From Rhodothermales bacterium (GTDB lineage: Bacteria; Bacteroidota; Rhodothermia; Rhodothermales; Bin80), in contig OZ244148.1 of assembly GCA_965216255.1 (NCBI GenBank), positions 66,091-130,090 on the forward strand: DNA of 64,000 nucleotides. Reading direction: 5' to 3'. How positions within the stretch are numbered: the first letter of the stretch is position 1; each line of letters starts with the position of its first letter. The notes beneath the pieces are model-generated. The model ran no database searches. It saw only the letters and a list, made by a program, of their open reading frames with translations, and was not told the DNA's origin. The position numbers and the translations under genes were made by a program. Below are positions 9,535-19,374 of the stretch, piece after piece.

Positions 9535-12500
9535 CTATGCCGCCTTGTTTTTGTCAGCTTGCCGTGCCTTCTGCCAATGATGAGGCAAGAGGTCAGCTAC
9601 GCGCCTGGCCGGATGCGTCGGGATGCGCTCGAACACGTCCGTGAGCCACTCCTGGGGATTGATACCGTGTAGCTTGCACGTGCCAAGTAGCGAATAGACC
9701 ACGGCTGCCCGCTGGGCCGCATCATGTGATCCCGCGAACAGGTAATTCTTGCGGCCGATAACCAACGGCCGCAGGGCATTTTCAATGAGGTTATTGTCCA
9801 GCTCCACGCGCCCCTCATCCAGGTATCGGGTCAGCCTTTTCCAAAGGCCGAGCGTATAGTTGATCGCCTGGCCCCAAGGACTCTTGGGCAACCCCCCGTT
9901 CGCCTCCAGCCAGGGCTTCAGCGCTTCCAGTACAGGCCGGGCCTCTTCCTGACGTACCTCGCGCCGACGTTCCGCACTGGCACCCTCCTCTCGCAGCCTG
10001 CGCTCTATGGCGTAGAGTCGCCTGATCTTTGTCAACACGTGCTCGGCCTTCTCCGGTTCGTAGCTACGACAGTCGTAGAACTTGCGTCTCGCATGCGCCA
10101 TGCATCCGTAGACCGTCATAGACGGATGCGCATCGAAGACGTTGTAGGCCACATACCCGTTCGTCTGCAACGTTCCCGCATACCCACCCAAGAACGCCAC
10201 CGGACCTGCACGGGCACGGCTCTTGCGATACTCCATCACAAACAGCTTCTGCTCCGGAGTGTGGTACACCCAGTAAAAACCCCGATGGGTCTTGCCCTTC
10301 TTCTTTCGATCCTGGACCTGGATACGCGTCTCATCCGCCTGCAGATACCCGCTTAAGAGCGCCTCCTGCTTGAGTGCATCATACAGCGGCCCAAGGTGCC
10401 ACGCCGACTGCGCTATCCAGCCTCCCAGCGTGGACTTGGCAATTTCAATGCCTTCCCGCCGGAAACGCTGCTGCTGCCGGTACAGGGGCAAGTGGTCACA
10501 GTACTTGTTAACCACCACATCGGCCAACAATCCCGGTCCGGCCATGCCCTTGTCCACCAGCCGCGGAGGCAACTCGGCGATGATGACGCCGCTGTCCTCA
10601 TCGGTCGGGTTCACGTACTTGGGGCGATGAATCTCGACCACCTTTATCATGCTGGGCACGATCTCCAGGTACTGCGTCTTCACCATGCCGATGCAAATGA
10701 GACCTGTCGTGTCCTCTTCAGGCTGGATTACGATCGTCTCGCGGGGCAGGTGATCCGGCAGATCCTCGAAGTCCAGACGCCGCTTGGCCTTGCGCCGCTT
10801 CCGCTTCGGCTGATCCGTCTCGGGCTCGGGCGGCAGGGGCACCTCGACCTCCATGTCGTCAAACAAGAGGCCCTGCTGCGCCTCCGGCCCCAGTACATAC
10901 CTTTCGCTCCTGGAGCCAAAGAGCAGGCGGAGGGCTTCAGCCAACTGTTTGTCCTTGCTCTCCAATTTCACCTGCAGCCGGCTGTTCTCTTCGCTCAGCT
11001 GATTGATTACCTCGGACAGGTAGAGTCGACGGGCGGCGCGTTACTCCCATTAGGAGCACGTTTCCGCCCGCCGCTCATCAAACCGGACGTGCAGAATTAC
11101 CGCATCCGGCTTTCAGACAAGATCATGTTTTCGCCCACGGAAGGCCCTTGGTCGTTGGCTCAAGGCATATCAAGCCATACTTCTTGTATAGCTCTTCGTG
11201 TGGGAAGCGCGCCCACCCCCCGGACTGAACCTTGTGCTTGCGACAGAGCCACTGGCGAATCCGCTTCTTCATGTGTGCATCTATGCCTGCATAGGCGGGA
11301 TTGACTTGTCCAAGTCGGAAGTAGTTGGCCCATCCGGTCGATAACCAGTTAAGGCGTGGTACCATCTCCTCTATGGACAGCAGTCCGTGCCTTGCCGCCG
11401 TTTGCTCACTGATCCTGCGGCATATGCTCTGGACACTCTTCTTGCTCGGGCGAGTCCCTATATAGGATCCTCTGCCGCCCGGACGAAAGTTGCGCCCAAT
11501 CCGGTACCCAAGGAACTCAAACGGTTCTTCGGGGCACCGGACGCATCGGGTCTTCCTTGCGTTGACCGGGAGTTTCAGCCGTTGCATTATGGTCTCCACC
11601 GCTTCCAGCATCGCTGTACCATCGGCCTTTCCGAGTACCACAAAATCATCGGCGTAGTTCACGATCGACGCTTGGAAGCGCCGGGCATAGCCCAGCAGCT
11701 TCCAGGCAATGAGAAAACGGCGCATGTAGATGTTGCTCAGCAAAGGAGAGATTGGCGCGCCTTGCGGCGTACCCTTTCCTTCCTTCCGAGCCCGGTTCGT
11801 CAGGCGTTTGCCTGCCTTACCGTCATCTTCCACTACCGGCATCACCAGCCATGACTTGATGAGTTCGAGCATCCGACCATCGCTGATGCGACGCGCCAGA
11901 GACTTCATCATCTTGTCATGCGGTATCTCACCAAAGTAGTTCGACAGGTCTGCATCAACCACTTCCCGGCGGCCCGTATTTACGAGCCTGTGGACGCGAT
12001 TGACCGCTTCCTGTGCGCCACGTCCCTTCCGATAGGCATATTGCTCCTCTTGTAAATCCGCTTCAAAGATCGGCTCCAGCACCAGCATGGCCGATGTCTG
12101 CGCGACCCTGTCACGAATACAGGGAATGCCTAACGGCCGGAACTTGCCTGGCTGCTTCTTCGGGATCAGTACCTGACGTACCGCACGCGGTTTGTACGTA
12201 CCCTCCCTTAGATCCCGCGCCAGTTCCCCCAGCCATCGATTTATGCCGTGCGCTTCAATGTCTCGAAAGGTCTCTCCATCCACACCGGCACTGCCGCCGT
12301 TACAGCGTACTTGTTGCCAGGCTGCGAACAAGAAATCCTTCCTCCACACTTTGTCACACAATGCATGGAAACGACGCTTGGGGTCTTCCTTCGCTTTGAC
12401 ATGTAATACGCGCTGGAGGTCCCGAACTGATTCTGATCCTGTTAGACTTGCGTCAGTAACCATTGCCTTTCCCCCTTTGCGTATTGCTCTTGAATGAGGG

Positions 12501-15500
12501 TCCCTTTCCTCGACGAGCATTACCCCGCGTCACAGGTACTACGGACCCATCCGCCACCCTGACGGCCCAATCTGTCCCTTGCGGGAAATCGGTTGGCTTA
12601 CGTGTGCCTCCGGCAGGGCTTCCCGTGTTGCTACTTTTCCCATCTTGCATGCATGCCAGTGCCACTACCCCGGCGGAAGTAATCTGGTGCTTGTGTCGTT
12701 CTCTTCCCAGACTACCGGCGGCCTTCCCCTTACCAACGGAGGGTCGGCTTCCGCATTGCATGTTTCGAGGCCTGCTCGGCATTCACTACGCGTTCCGGCC
12801 TGCATGCTCGCTGAATCGCCTAAGCGACCCTTTACCAAAGTGCTTCAGCTATCGCGGTAGGCCCCGGGTTTCCCCGGGGCCCCCGCACAGATCCGGACGT
12901 GCCCGCTAAGGCATCCGGCTCCTCCCTCAGGTCGCGCCGCCGCGCATGACGTTAATGGGCCGGCTAACCAACCCATAGCCGTAACCGAACCATCCCATGT
13001 GACACACGAAGTCCGGCTCTGCGTCCGTAGAGTCGGCGGGAGGCGCACCTGCCTTAGGATCCGGTGGCTTGTCCGTCGCTTTCGCTCCGGGCCGCAGTCC
13101 GGCTTCCCTAACCGTGTTTCCTCCCGCCGCTCACCGAACCGGGCGTGCGGCACTACCGCACCCGGCTCTCCAGGCGGATCATGCAACTCGCACTCGGACA
13201 ACGGCGTCGCCCCATGGAGCTTCTCCTGTTCAAAGACTTGCACGGTCCCTGTTTCCACTCCATGACTTGAGTCCGGTGATCATCAGGCCTGTTTACGCCC
13301 TGATAACACCCCGTGGCGTGCCTAGCATGCCACATGGCTCCTTCACTTTCGCATGTGATGCCGCCGAGGTCTCCGACCATTTACCGGTTTAGTAGGTCTC
13401 TGCCAATGCCGTGGCCTTTCCCTCTACGAACATCGCTCCGCACCTGCGGCCCCTTTCCTCCACGGGCATTACCCCATCTCTACGGTACTACGGGCCACTC
13501 CGCCACCCTCTCGGCCCGGCCTGACCCTTGCGGGCTTCCGGTTGGTGTGTGCTACACCGCCGTCAGGGCTTCCATCGATCGGGATAGGTGGGGGCCTCAC
13601 GGCCCCCACCCCCCCACACCACCGTGCGTACGGGTCCGTACACGGCGGTTCAATGGACTTGAGCAAACCGACTTGGGTGCCAGGGCCACCAGGCCGCTAC
13701 GTGCCGGGAGTTCGGATTCGGGTTGCGCCGTGCGAACTTCGGTCCCTTCCCCACGGGCACCGCCGGATTCACCGGGGCTGTCCCACGCAAAAGGCAGCGT
13801 TAGCTGGATTTTCTGCCGCATTGCTCGCATGAGCTTGCCGTCCTACTATCCCTGTCCATTGTTCGGGCCTTCGTCGGCTAAGCCGACTACTATGCCCTCT
13901 GCTGACTTCTGCGTTGCGGTCACGTGCCTTACGACACGTTCAGTCCGGCTTAGCCGGACACAACGCAGATCTCCCAGGGTAAGACCAACCGCCTTCCCCG
14001 CACACCTGCCGAATCTACCACCCCGACGCATAGATGACGCGGACTTTGCGATAACCGGCTCGCTCGTCCGATCGGGTAGGCCTCGTATTCGGTTCTTGTT
14101 CATCAGGTCGCGGGTTTGCTACACGCTTCCTTCAGACCCCGCCTCACGACGACGCCCTTGCGCTTCGCTAATCCTTCGCCGCCATCTGGCTGGATAGAGG
14201 ACTTGCACCTCCAAGCTGTTGATCATGCCTGGCACACCGGTAGGCCCCGGGTTTCCCCGGGCCCCCCGCACAGATCCGGACGTGCCCGTTAAGGCATCCG
14301 GCTCCTCCCTCAGGTCGCGCCGCCGCGCATGACGTTAATGGGCCGGCTAACCAACCCATAGCCGTAACCGAACCATCCCATGTGACACACGAAGTCCGGC
14401 TCTGCGTCCGGCGTGTGTTGGGTTGTCCGATTTCCCCTCGGGTGCGACGCTTCGCTCCACCAACTCCGCCGCACGATCCTCCGCGCTTTGTTCGCCGGCT
14501 TCATCGCTACTATCATCGCATCTGACTCCTCCTCGCCGTTCATCCTCCGCTCGGCAATGCCTTGGCTTTGGCGGCCCCGCCCTAAGCGCTGGGCAGCGAG
14601 GAGGCCTCCCAGGTCCCAACCTTGTACGTACATACGTGCCTGAGTTCTTGGACGCCGCGGAGCCCTCTTGAACCTCACCATATCGGTCCAATCAGTATTG
14701 CCTTCAGCCAACACGAGGACTTCGGCACTCCGAACAATGGTCCTTTCGGCGCTCATTAGCTCTGCCCATATGCACCCCTGCCGACGCTTCGCCCGTTCCC
14801 TCACGAGAACGACCGCACGGCTTGGGGAGAGATATGGATTGGTTATATCCTTTACCACAGAGGACTTACACCTCCTGTACTTGGCCAGTTAGCCTGGCGC
14901 ACCGTGTTGCCACTCCTTCCATCTTGCATGCATGCCAGTGCCAGTACCCCGGCGGAAATAGACCGGTGCACGTGTCGTTCTCTTCCCGGTCTACCAGCGG
15001 CCTTCCCCATGACACCGGAGGGTCGGCTTCCGCATTGCCCTTTTCGAGGCCTGCTCGGCATTCACTGCGCGTTCCGGCCTGCATGCTCGCTAAATCGCCT
15101 AAGCGATCCTTTTGCCAAAGTGCTTCAGTCCATGTTGTTACCTCCATAAACCGCCTTGGTCGCTACCAACTGAAACGACAGCTGTTGCGTGGGATTCGCA
15201 CCCACAAGGAAGAAGCGCCTTATCACGGCGCACGGTGTGTGTTGGGTTGTCCGATTTCCCCTCGGGTGCGACGCTTCGCTCCACCAACTCCGCCGCGCGG
15301 TCCTCCGCGCTTTGTTCGCCGGCTTCATCGCTACTATCATCGCATCTGACTCCTCCTCGCCGTTCATCCTCCGCTCGGCAATGCCTTGGCTTTGGCGGCC
15401 CCGCCCTAAGCGCTGGGCAGCGAGGAGGCCTCCCAGGTCCCAACCTTGTACGTACATACGTGCCTGAGTTCTTGGACGCCGCGGAGCCCTCTTGAACCTC

Positions 15501-16146
15501 ACCATAGCGGTCCAATCAGTTTTGCCTTCAGCCAACATGAGGACTTCGGCACTCCGAACAATGGTCCTTTCGGCGCTCATTAGCTCCGCCCATATGCGCC
15601 CCTGCCGACGCTTCGCCCGTTCCCTCACGAGAACGACCGCACGGCTTGGGGAGAGATATGGATTGGTTATATCCTTTACCACAGAGGACTTACACCTCCT
15701 GTACTTGGCCAGTTAGCCTGGCGCACCGTGTTGCTACTTTCCCCATCTTGCATGCATACCAGTGCCACTACCCCGGCGGAAGTAATCTGGTGCTTGTGTC
15801 GTTCTCTTCCCAGACTACCGGCGGCCTTCCCCTTACCAACGGAGGGTCGGCTTCCGCATTGCATGTTTCGAGGCCTGCTCGGCATTCACTACGCGTTCCG
15901 GCCTGCATGCTCGCTGAATCGCCTAAGCGACCCTTTACCAAAGTGCTTCAGCTCATGTTGTTACCTCCATAAACCGCTTTGGCCGCTACTAGCTGGAGCG
16001 ACAGTTACTAGGTGGGATTCGCACCCACTAGGGAAAAGCGCCTTATCACGGCGCACGCTGGCGTTCTGCTGAAGCACCGCGGCAAGCTGCGCACGGAAGG
16101 TCTCAACATCCGCAGAAGAGAGGGAGGAATGTGCTTCGGGCTGCAT
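9535..16146 (-). CDS. tnpC: IS66 TnpC transposase, exons 16146-16057 and 11019-9535, split by group II intron nest
   Basis: FGSRSE, HLPRE, KYCDHLPLYRQ, ADET, CMAHARRKF, DNNLIENALR. The joined exons are in frame (524 aa) and match the uninterrupted copy near 32050-32070. Confidence 0.9.
11123..12463 (-). CDS. ltrA: Group II intron reverse transcriptase/maturase, no endonuclease domain
   Basis: AGVDG, RPLGIPCIRDRVAQ, DADLSNYF, GTPQGAPISPLLSNIY, YADD, FEFLGY, GWANYF. Start at 12463 is inferred from a purine-rich RBS (track ORF starts at 12520). Confidence 0.95.
   Translation of the reverse strand: MVTDASLTGSESVRDLQRVLHVKAKEDPKRRFHALCDKVWRKDFLFAAWQQVRCNGGSAGVDGETFRDIEAHGINRWLGELARDLREGTYKPRAVRQVLIPKKQPGKFRPLGIPCIRDRVAQTSAMLVLEPIFEADLQEEQYAYRKGRGAQEAVNRVHRLVNTGRREVVDADLSNYFGEIPHDKMMKSLARRISDGRMLELIKSWLVMPVVEDDGKAGKRLTNRARKEGKGTPQGAPISPLLSNIYMRRFLIAWKLLGYARRFQASIVNYADDFVVLGKADGTAMLEAVETIMQRLKLPVNARKTRCVRCPEEPFEFLGYRIGRNFRPGGRGSYIGTRPSKKSVQSICRRISEQTAARHGLLSIEEMVPRLNWLSTGWANYFRLGQVNPAYAGIDAHMKKRIRQWLCRKHKVQSGGWARFPHEELYKKYGLICLEPTTKGLPWAKT
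12624..12850. repeat. 227-nt direct duplication of intron A1 domain I (second copy 15727-15953)
   Basis: Direct comparison shows about 2 mismatches; the copies flank intron B1. Confidence 0.9.
13574..14902 (-). mobile_element. ORF-less group II intron B2 (pieces 14902-14238 and 13577-13574; 669 nt), nested in A2
   Basis: Near-identical to B1. Flanks GCAACACG|GGAAGCCC rejoin as in the uninterrupted A3 near 22350. Confidence 0.88.
13578..14237 (-). mobile_element. ORF-less class C (IIC) group II intron, 660 nt, innermost
   Basis: 5' GTGTGCCAGGCATG; short IIC-type DV GAACCGCCGTGTACGGACCCGTACGCACGGTGG; 3' CTATCCCGAT. Lies just after a GC-rich hairpin. Confidence 0.85.
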
Positions 16147-16209
16147 GATTGTTCAACAACGTCTGCACATGCATTGTTCCCCGTTTCCACATACTATTTA
16201 TCCCGATTT

Positions 16210-16545
16210 TCAGCTCTTAACCGCATACCGGCGCCGGTATTTTACGGACTTCAGCGACACTCCCTCCAGTAACATCACCATCTGCGTCCACGTCGGCATA
16301 TCCTCTTTCGGCAACTCAAACGTACCCGCTTCAAGCCTTTTGTAAAACAAGGCGAAGCCGTTTCGGTCCCACGAAAGCGCCTTCAGATGGCTCCGCCTCC
16401 TGTTGACGAACACAAAGATGTCCCCCGACATGGGATCCCGCTTCATGCCGCTTTTCACCAAGGCGCACAGGCCGTCAAAGCTCTTGCGCATGTCGGCCGG
16501 CGGCCGGTAAAAGAAATACCGGTGCGAAGGCCCCAGTCCGATCAT
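16210..16545 (-). CDS. tnpB: IS66 TnpB accessory protein
   Basis: DMRKSFDGL..FVFVNRRR..WDRNGF..YKRLEAGTF. Confidence 0.95.
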   Translation of the reverse strand: MIGLGPSHRYFFYRPPADMRKSFDGLCALVKSGMKRDPMSGDIFVFVNRRRSHLKALSWDRNGFALFYKRLEAGTFELPKEDMPTWTQMVMLLEGVSLKSVKYRRRYAVKS

Positions 16546-16841
16546 GACTGCACCAGCTGCGCCAGGTACGAGGCAGATACCGGCGCCAAGAGGCGCACGC
16601 GTATCCCGCCCGGGTACATGATCTCCACTTGCGCCTCTTCACCTCCCACGGGTCTGCCAATCTCCACAAAGGCGCCGCTGTCCACTGCCGCAGCCTCCAG
16701 GCGATACTTCCGACGCCAGTAAAACAGCTGCCCATACGAGATGCCGCGCTCGGCACAGAACGCTGCAGCGGTCTGGCTGCTTTCTTCATACTGTTCCATG
16801 AGCGGAAATATTTCTTCCGCCGTACGTCTGGGCTGTCTCAT
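16542..16841 (-). CDS. tnpA: IS66 TnpA (HTH)
   Basis: AAFCAERGISYGQLFYWRRK; ATGA overlap with tnpB. Confidence 0.9.
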   Translation of the reverse strand: MRQPRRTAEEIFPLMEQYEESSQTAAAFCAERGISYGQLFYWRRKYRLEAAAVDSGAFVEIGRPVGGEEAQVEIMYPGGIRVRLLAPVSASYLAQLVQS

Positions 16842-17489
16842 GCCATCCAGGCTTTGAGTCCTCGGGTCTATGAGTAATCTCCCGAGAAATCGTCACCTTA
16901 TCCAGATGGGTTTCACCGCACGCTTACGGCGCAGACGCGTACGAATCACCTGCACCAACTGGTAAGCCAGGACCGTGATGAATAGATGGCCCTCCGCGCG
17001 CCGGCCTGTGGAATGATAGATCGGTCGCAGTCCGAGTTCCGACTTCAGGGACCGGAACACCGCTTCCAGATCGGTCAGCATCACATACGTGCGCCAGAGC
17101 TCTTCCGCGGTGAACTCCATCTCGTTGCTGCGCAGGCAATAGACGCCCGGATCGGTCATCAACGCGGGTGCTTTCGGCGTCTTTGTCCACGTGATGGACT
17201 GGGCCCGCTTGCCGTCCTCATCCGTCTCCACTTCTATCTCGTAATGCTGTCCGATGCCGCTGAAGCTCTGCTTCAATCGGCCGATACGTTCCCTTATGAG
17301 GTCGATGCGCTTGTGCGTCTTCGGCCGGGCAAGCCCCTCGGAAAGCTTGCCGAGGGCCTCATCCCGGTAGCCCCCCGGGTTTTCCCCGGGGGCCCCGGAC
17401 AGATCCGGACGTGCGCGCTAACGCATCCGGCTCCTCCCTCGGGTCGCGTGCCACCGCATGACGTTAGAGAGTGGACAGGCCACTCCCAG

Positions 17490-18900
17490 GAGAAACTGCC
17501 ATATCTTGGGTCTGTAGAATGCCGCGGCGTATCTTTGTGGAGTACCCATCAATCGCCCTAGACGGGCATATCCGGACTACATCGTATGACAGACTCAACA
17601 GAATCCAACGTACACTCACTGGTTACCCGTGAGGAGGCACTCAGCACCCTGGATGACTTGGTGCGCAGCTCCGCCCGGCGCATGCTTCAGGCAGCGCTCG
17701 AGCGGGAAGCCGACGACTACGTGAATGCCCATGCACACCTGCGGAATGAGCACGGCCACCGAGTCGTCAAACGCAATGGCCACCATCCGCAGAGAGAAAT
17801 CCTCACGGGTGCGGGCCCGCTAGCGATCCAGCGGCCCCATATCCGTGACCCTCGAACAGGGCATACCTTCACCAGCGCCATACTGCCGCGCTATATGCGC
17901 CGCAGTCCGTCGATAGATGCACTCATTCCGGCCTTGTACCTGCGGGGAGTTTCGACCAACGACTTTGCTCTGGCCCTGGAGGCCATACTTGGCCCGCAAG
18001 CTGGCAACCTATCGCCATCGTCAATCAGCCGACTCAAGGGGGCTTGGCTGGAGGAATACCGGCAATGGAATAAGCGGGACTTGACGGGCAAACGGTATGT
18101 TTACCTCTGGGCTGACGGGTTATACTTCAATGTCCGCATGGGAAACGAGCGTCCGTGTATGCTTGTTATTATTGGAGTTACGCCCGATGGAAGGAAAGAA
18201 CTCGTAGGACTTCTGGACGGAGAGCGGGAAAGCAGGCTGTCCTGGAAGGAGCTATTGTTGGATATCAAACAACGAGGCTTGGACGTAGCGCCTAAGGCTG
18301 CCACAGCAGACGGAGGCCTAGGCTTCTGGGCTGCGTTAGAAGAAGTATATCCCTCCACGCTACAACAGCGATGCTGGGTGCACAAGACAGCCAACGTGCT
18401 CAATAAGCTGCCCAAGAAGCTGCAGGGGTCTGCGAAAGAGAGGCTCCGTGGCATCTATACGGCACCGTCCAGGAAGGATGCCCTGAAGGCACTCGATACC
18501 TTCGAGAATCTCTTCGGAGGCGCCTACGAGAAGGCCGTCACCTGTCTGCGCAAGGATCAAGAGGAGCTCTTAACCTTCTACCAGTTCCCGCCCGAACACT
18601 GGGTTCATCTTCGGACTTCGAATCCCATTGAGTCCACGTTTGCGACCGTACGAAAACGTACACGGCAAACCAAGGGATGCGGCAGCCGGGACGCGACACT
18701 GATGATGGTTTACAAACTAACCCGGGAAGCGGAGAAACGCTGGCGGAGGCTGACTGGATCGCAGCTGCTCATCCGTGTGCTGGAAACAACCCCACAAGAG
18801 TACAGCGTAGAAGTAGACAAACAAGCCGCCTAATTCTAATTCCACAATTCCACAATCCCATGCCGCGGCATTCTACAGACCCAAGATATGGCAGTTTCTC
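17490..18900 (+). mobile_element. IS256-family element copy 1 (1411 bp)
   Basis: ~39-bp perfect TIR GAGAAACTGCCATATCTTGGGTCTGTAGAATGCCGCGGC; 9-bp TSD CACTCCCAG. Confidence 0.95.
17586..18833 (+). CDS. IS256-family transposase
   Basis: RNGH, LYLRGVST, YLWADG, ADGGLGF, QRCWVHK, RTSNPIES. Confidence 0.95.
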   Translation: MTDSTESNVHSLVTREEALSTLDDLVRSSARRMLQAALEREADDYVNAHAHLRNEHGHRVVKRNGHHPQREILTGAGPLAIQRPHIRDPRTGHTFTSAILPRYMRRSPSIDALIPALYLRGVSTNDFALALEAILGPQAGNLSPSSISRLKGAWLEEYRQWNKRDLTGKRYVYLWADGLYFNVRMGNERPCMLVIIGVTPDGRKELVGLLDGERESRLSWKELLLDIKQRGLDVAPKAATADGGLGFWAALEEVYPSTLQQRCWVHKTANVLNKLPKKLQGSAKERLRGIYTAPSRKDALKALDTFENLFGGAYEKAVTCLRKDQEELLTFYQFPPEHWVHLRTSNPIESTFATVRKRTRQTKGCGSRDATLMMVYKLTREAEKRWRRLTGSQLLIRVLETTPQEYSVEVDKQAA

Positions 18901-19374
18901 CACTCCCAGCCGTAACCGGTCCATCCCCTGTGACACGCAAAGCCCGGCCCTGTGTCCGGAACGTGCAGGGATCTGCGGTTTCCCCTTGGGTGCGGTCCTT
19001 CGCTCCACCAACTCCGCCATGTGGTCATCCACACTTTGTTCGTCGGCTTCACAGCTAATACTACCGCATCTGACTTCTCTCCGCCGTTCGTCCATTGATC
19101 GGCTACTGCCTTCGCTTTGGCGGCCCCGCCCTTGGCGCTGAGCAGCGGAGAGACCTCTCAGGTCCCAACCTCGTACGTACATGCGTGCGTGGGTTCTCGG
19201 ACGCCGCAGAGCCCTCCCGCACCTCACCAAAGCGGTGCAAGCAGTGTTGCCTTCAGCAATCGAGAATGCTTCGGCACTCTGAACCACGAATTTTTCGGCG
19301 CTCAATAGCCCTACCCACATGCGCCCCTGCCGACGCTTCGCCCATTCCCTCGCGGGAATGACCGCACGGCTCGG

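Larger units (their letters stand above)
13027..15233 (-). mobile_element. ORF-less group II intron A2 (pieces 15233-14903 and 13573-13027; 878 nt), nested in B1
   Basis: 5' GTGCGCCGTG; DV GAGAGCCGGGTGCGGTAGTGCCGCACGCCCGGTTC; 3' CCGACTCTAC. Collinear with A3. Confidence 0.88.
12851..15726 (-). mobile_element. ORF-less group II intron B1 (pieces 15726-15234 and 13026-12851; 669 nt), nested in A1
   Basis: 5' GTGCGCCAGG; DV GAGCCGGATGCCTTAGCGGGCACGTCCGGATC; 3' CTACCGCGAT. Confidence 0.88.
11020..16056 (-). mobile_element. Group II intron A1 (RT-encoding, IIB, tentatively class F-like); outermost intron of the nest
   Basis: 5' GTGCGCCGTG at 16056. DV GAAAGCCGGATGCGGTAATTCTGCACGTCCGGTTT and DVI ending GACTCTAC at 11020. 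Flanks rejoin tnpC exactly. Confidence 0.92.
9417..16927 (-). mobile_element. IS66-family element inserted in IS1634 copy 1
   Basis: TIRs GTAAGCGTCCGGTGAA / TTCACCGCACGCTTAC; 8-bp TSD GGCGCAGA (9409-9416, 16928-16935); tnpA-tnpB-tnpC. Confidence 0.95.

Noticed and set aside
10396-11304. 302-aa plus-strand ORF, and similar ORFs at 20444-21331 and 58307-59185
   Set aside because: Antisense shadows of GC-rich real genes.
11123-16056. RT plus near-identical repeats as a diversity-generating retroelement or retron
   Set aside because: The RT is group II type (YADD, maturase domain, followed by DV/DVI), repeat differences are not adenine-specific, and no target gene is present.
12453-16072. Many short ORFs on both strands
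   Set aside because: They overlap structured intron RNA and repeat with it; no coding motifs apart from decayed RT termini.
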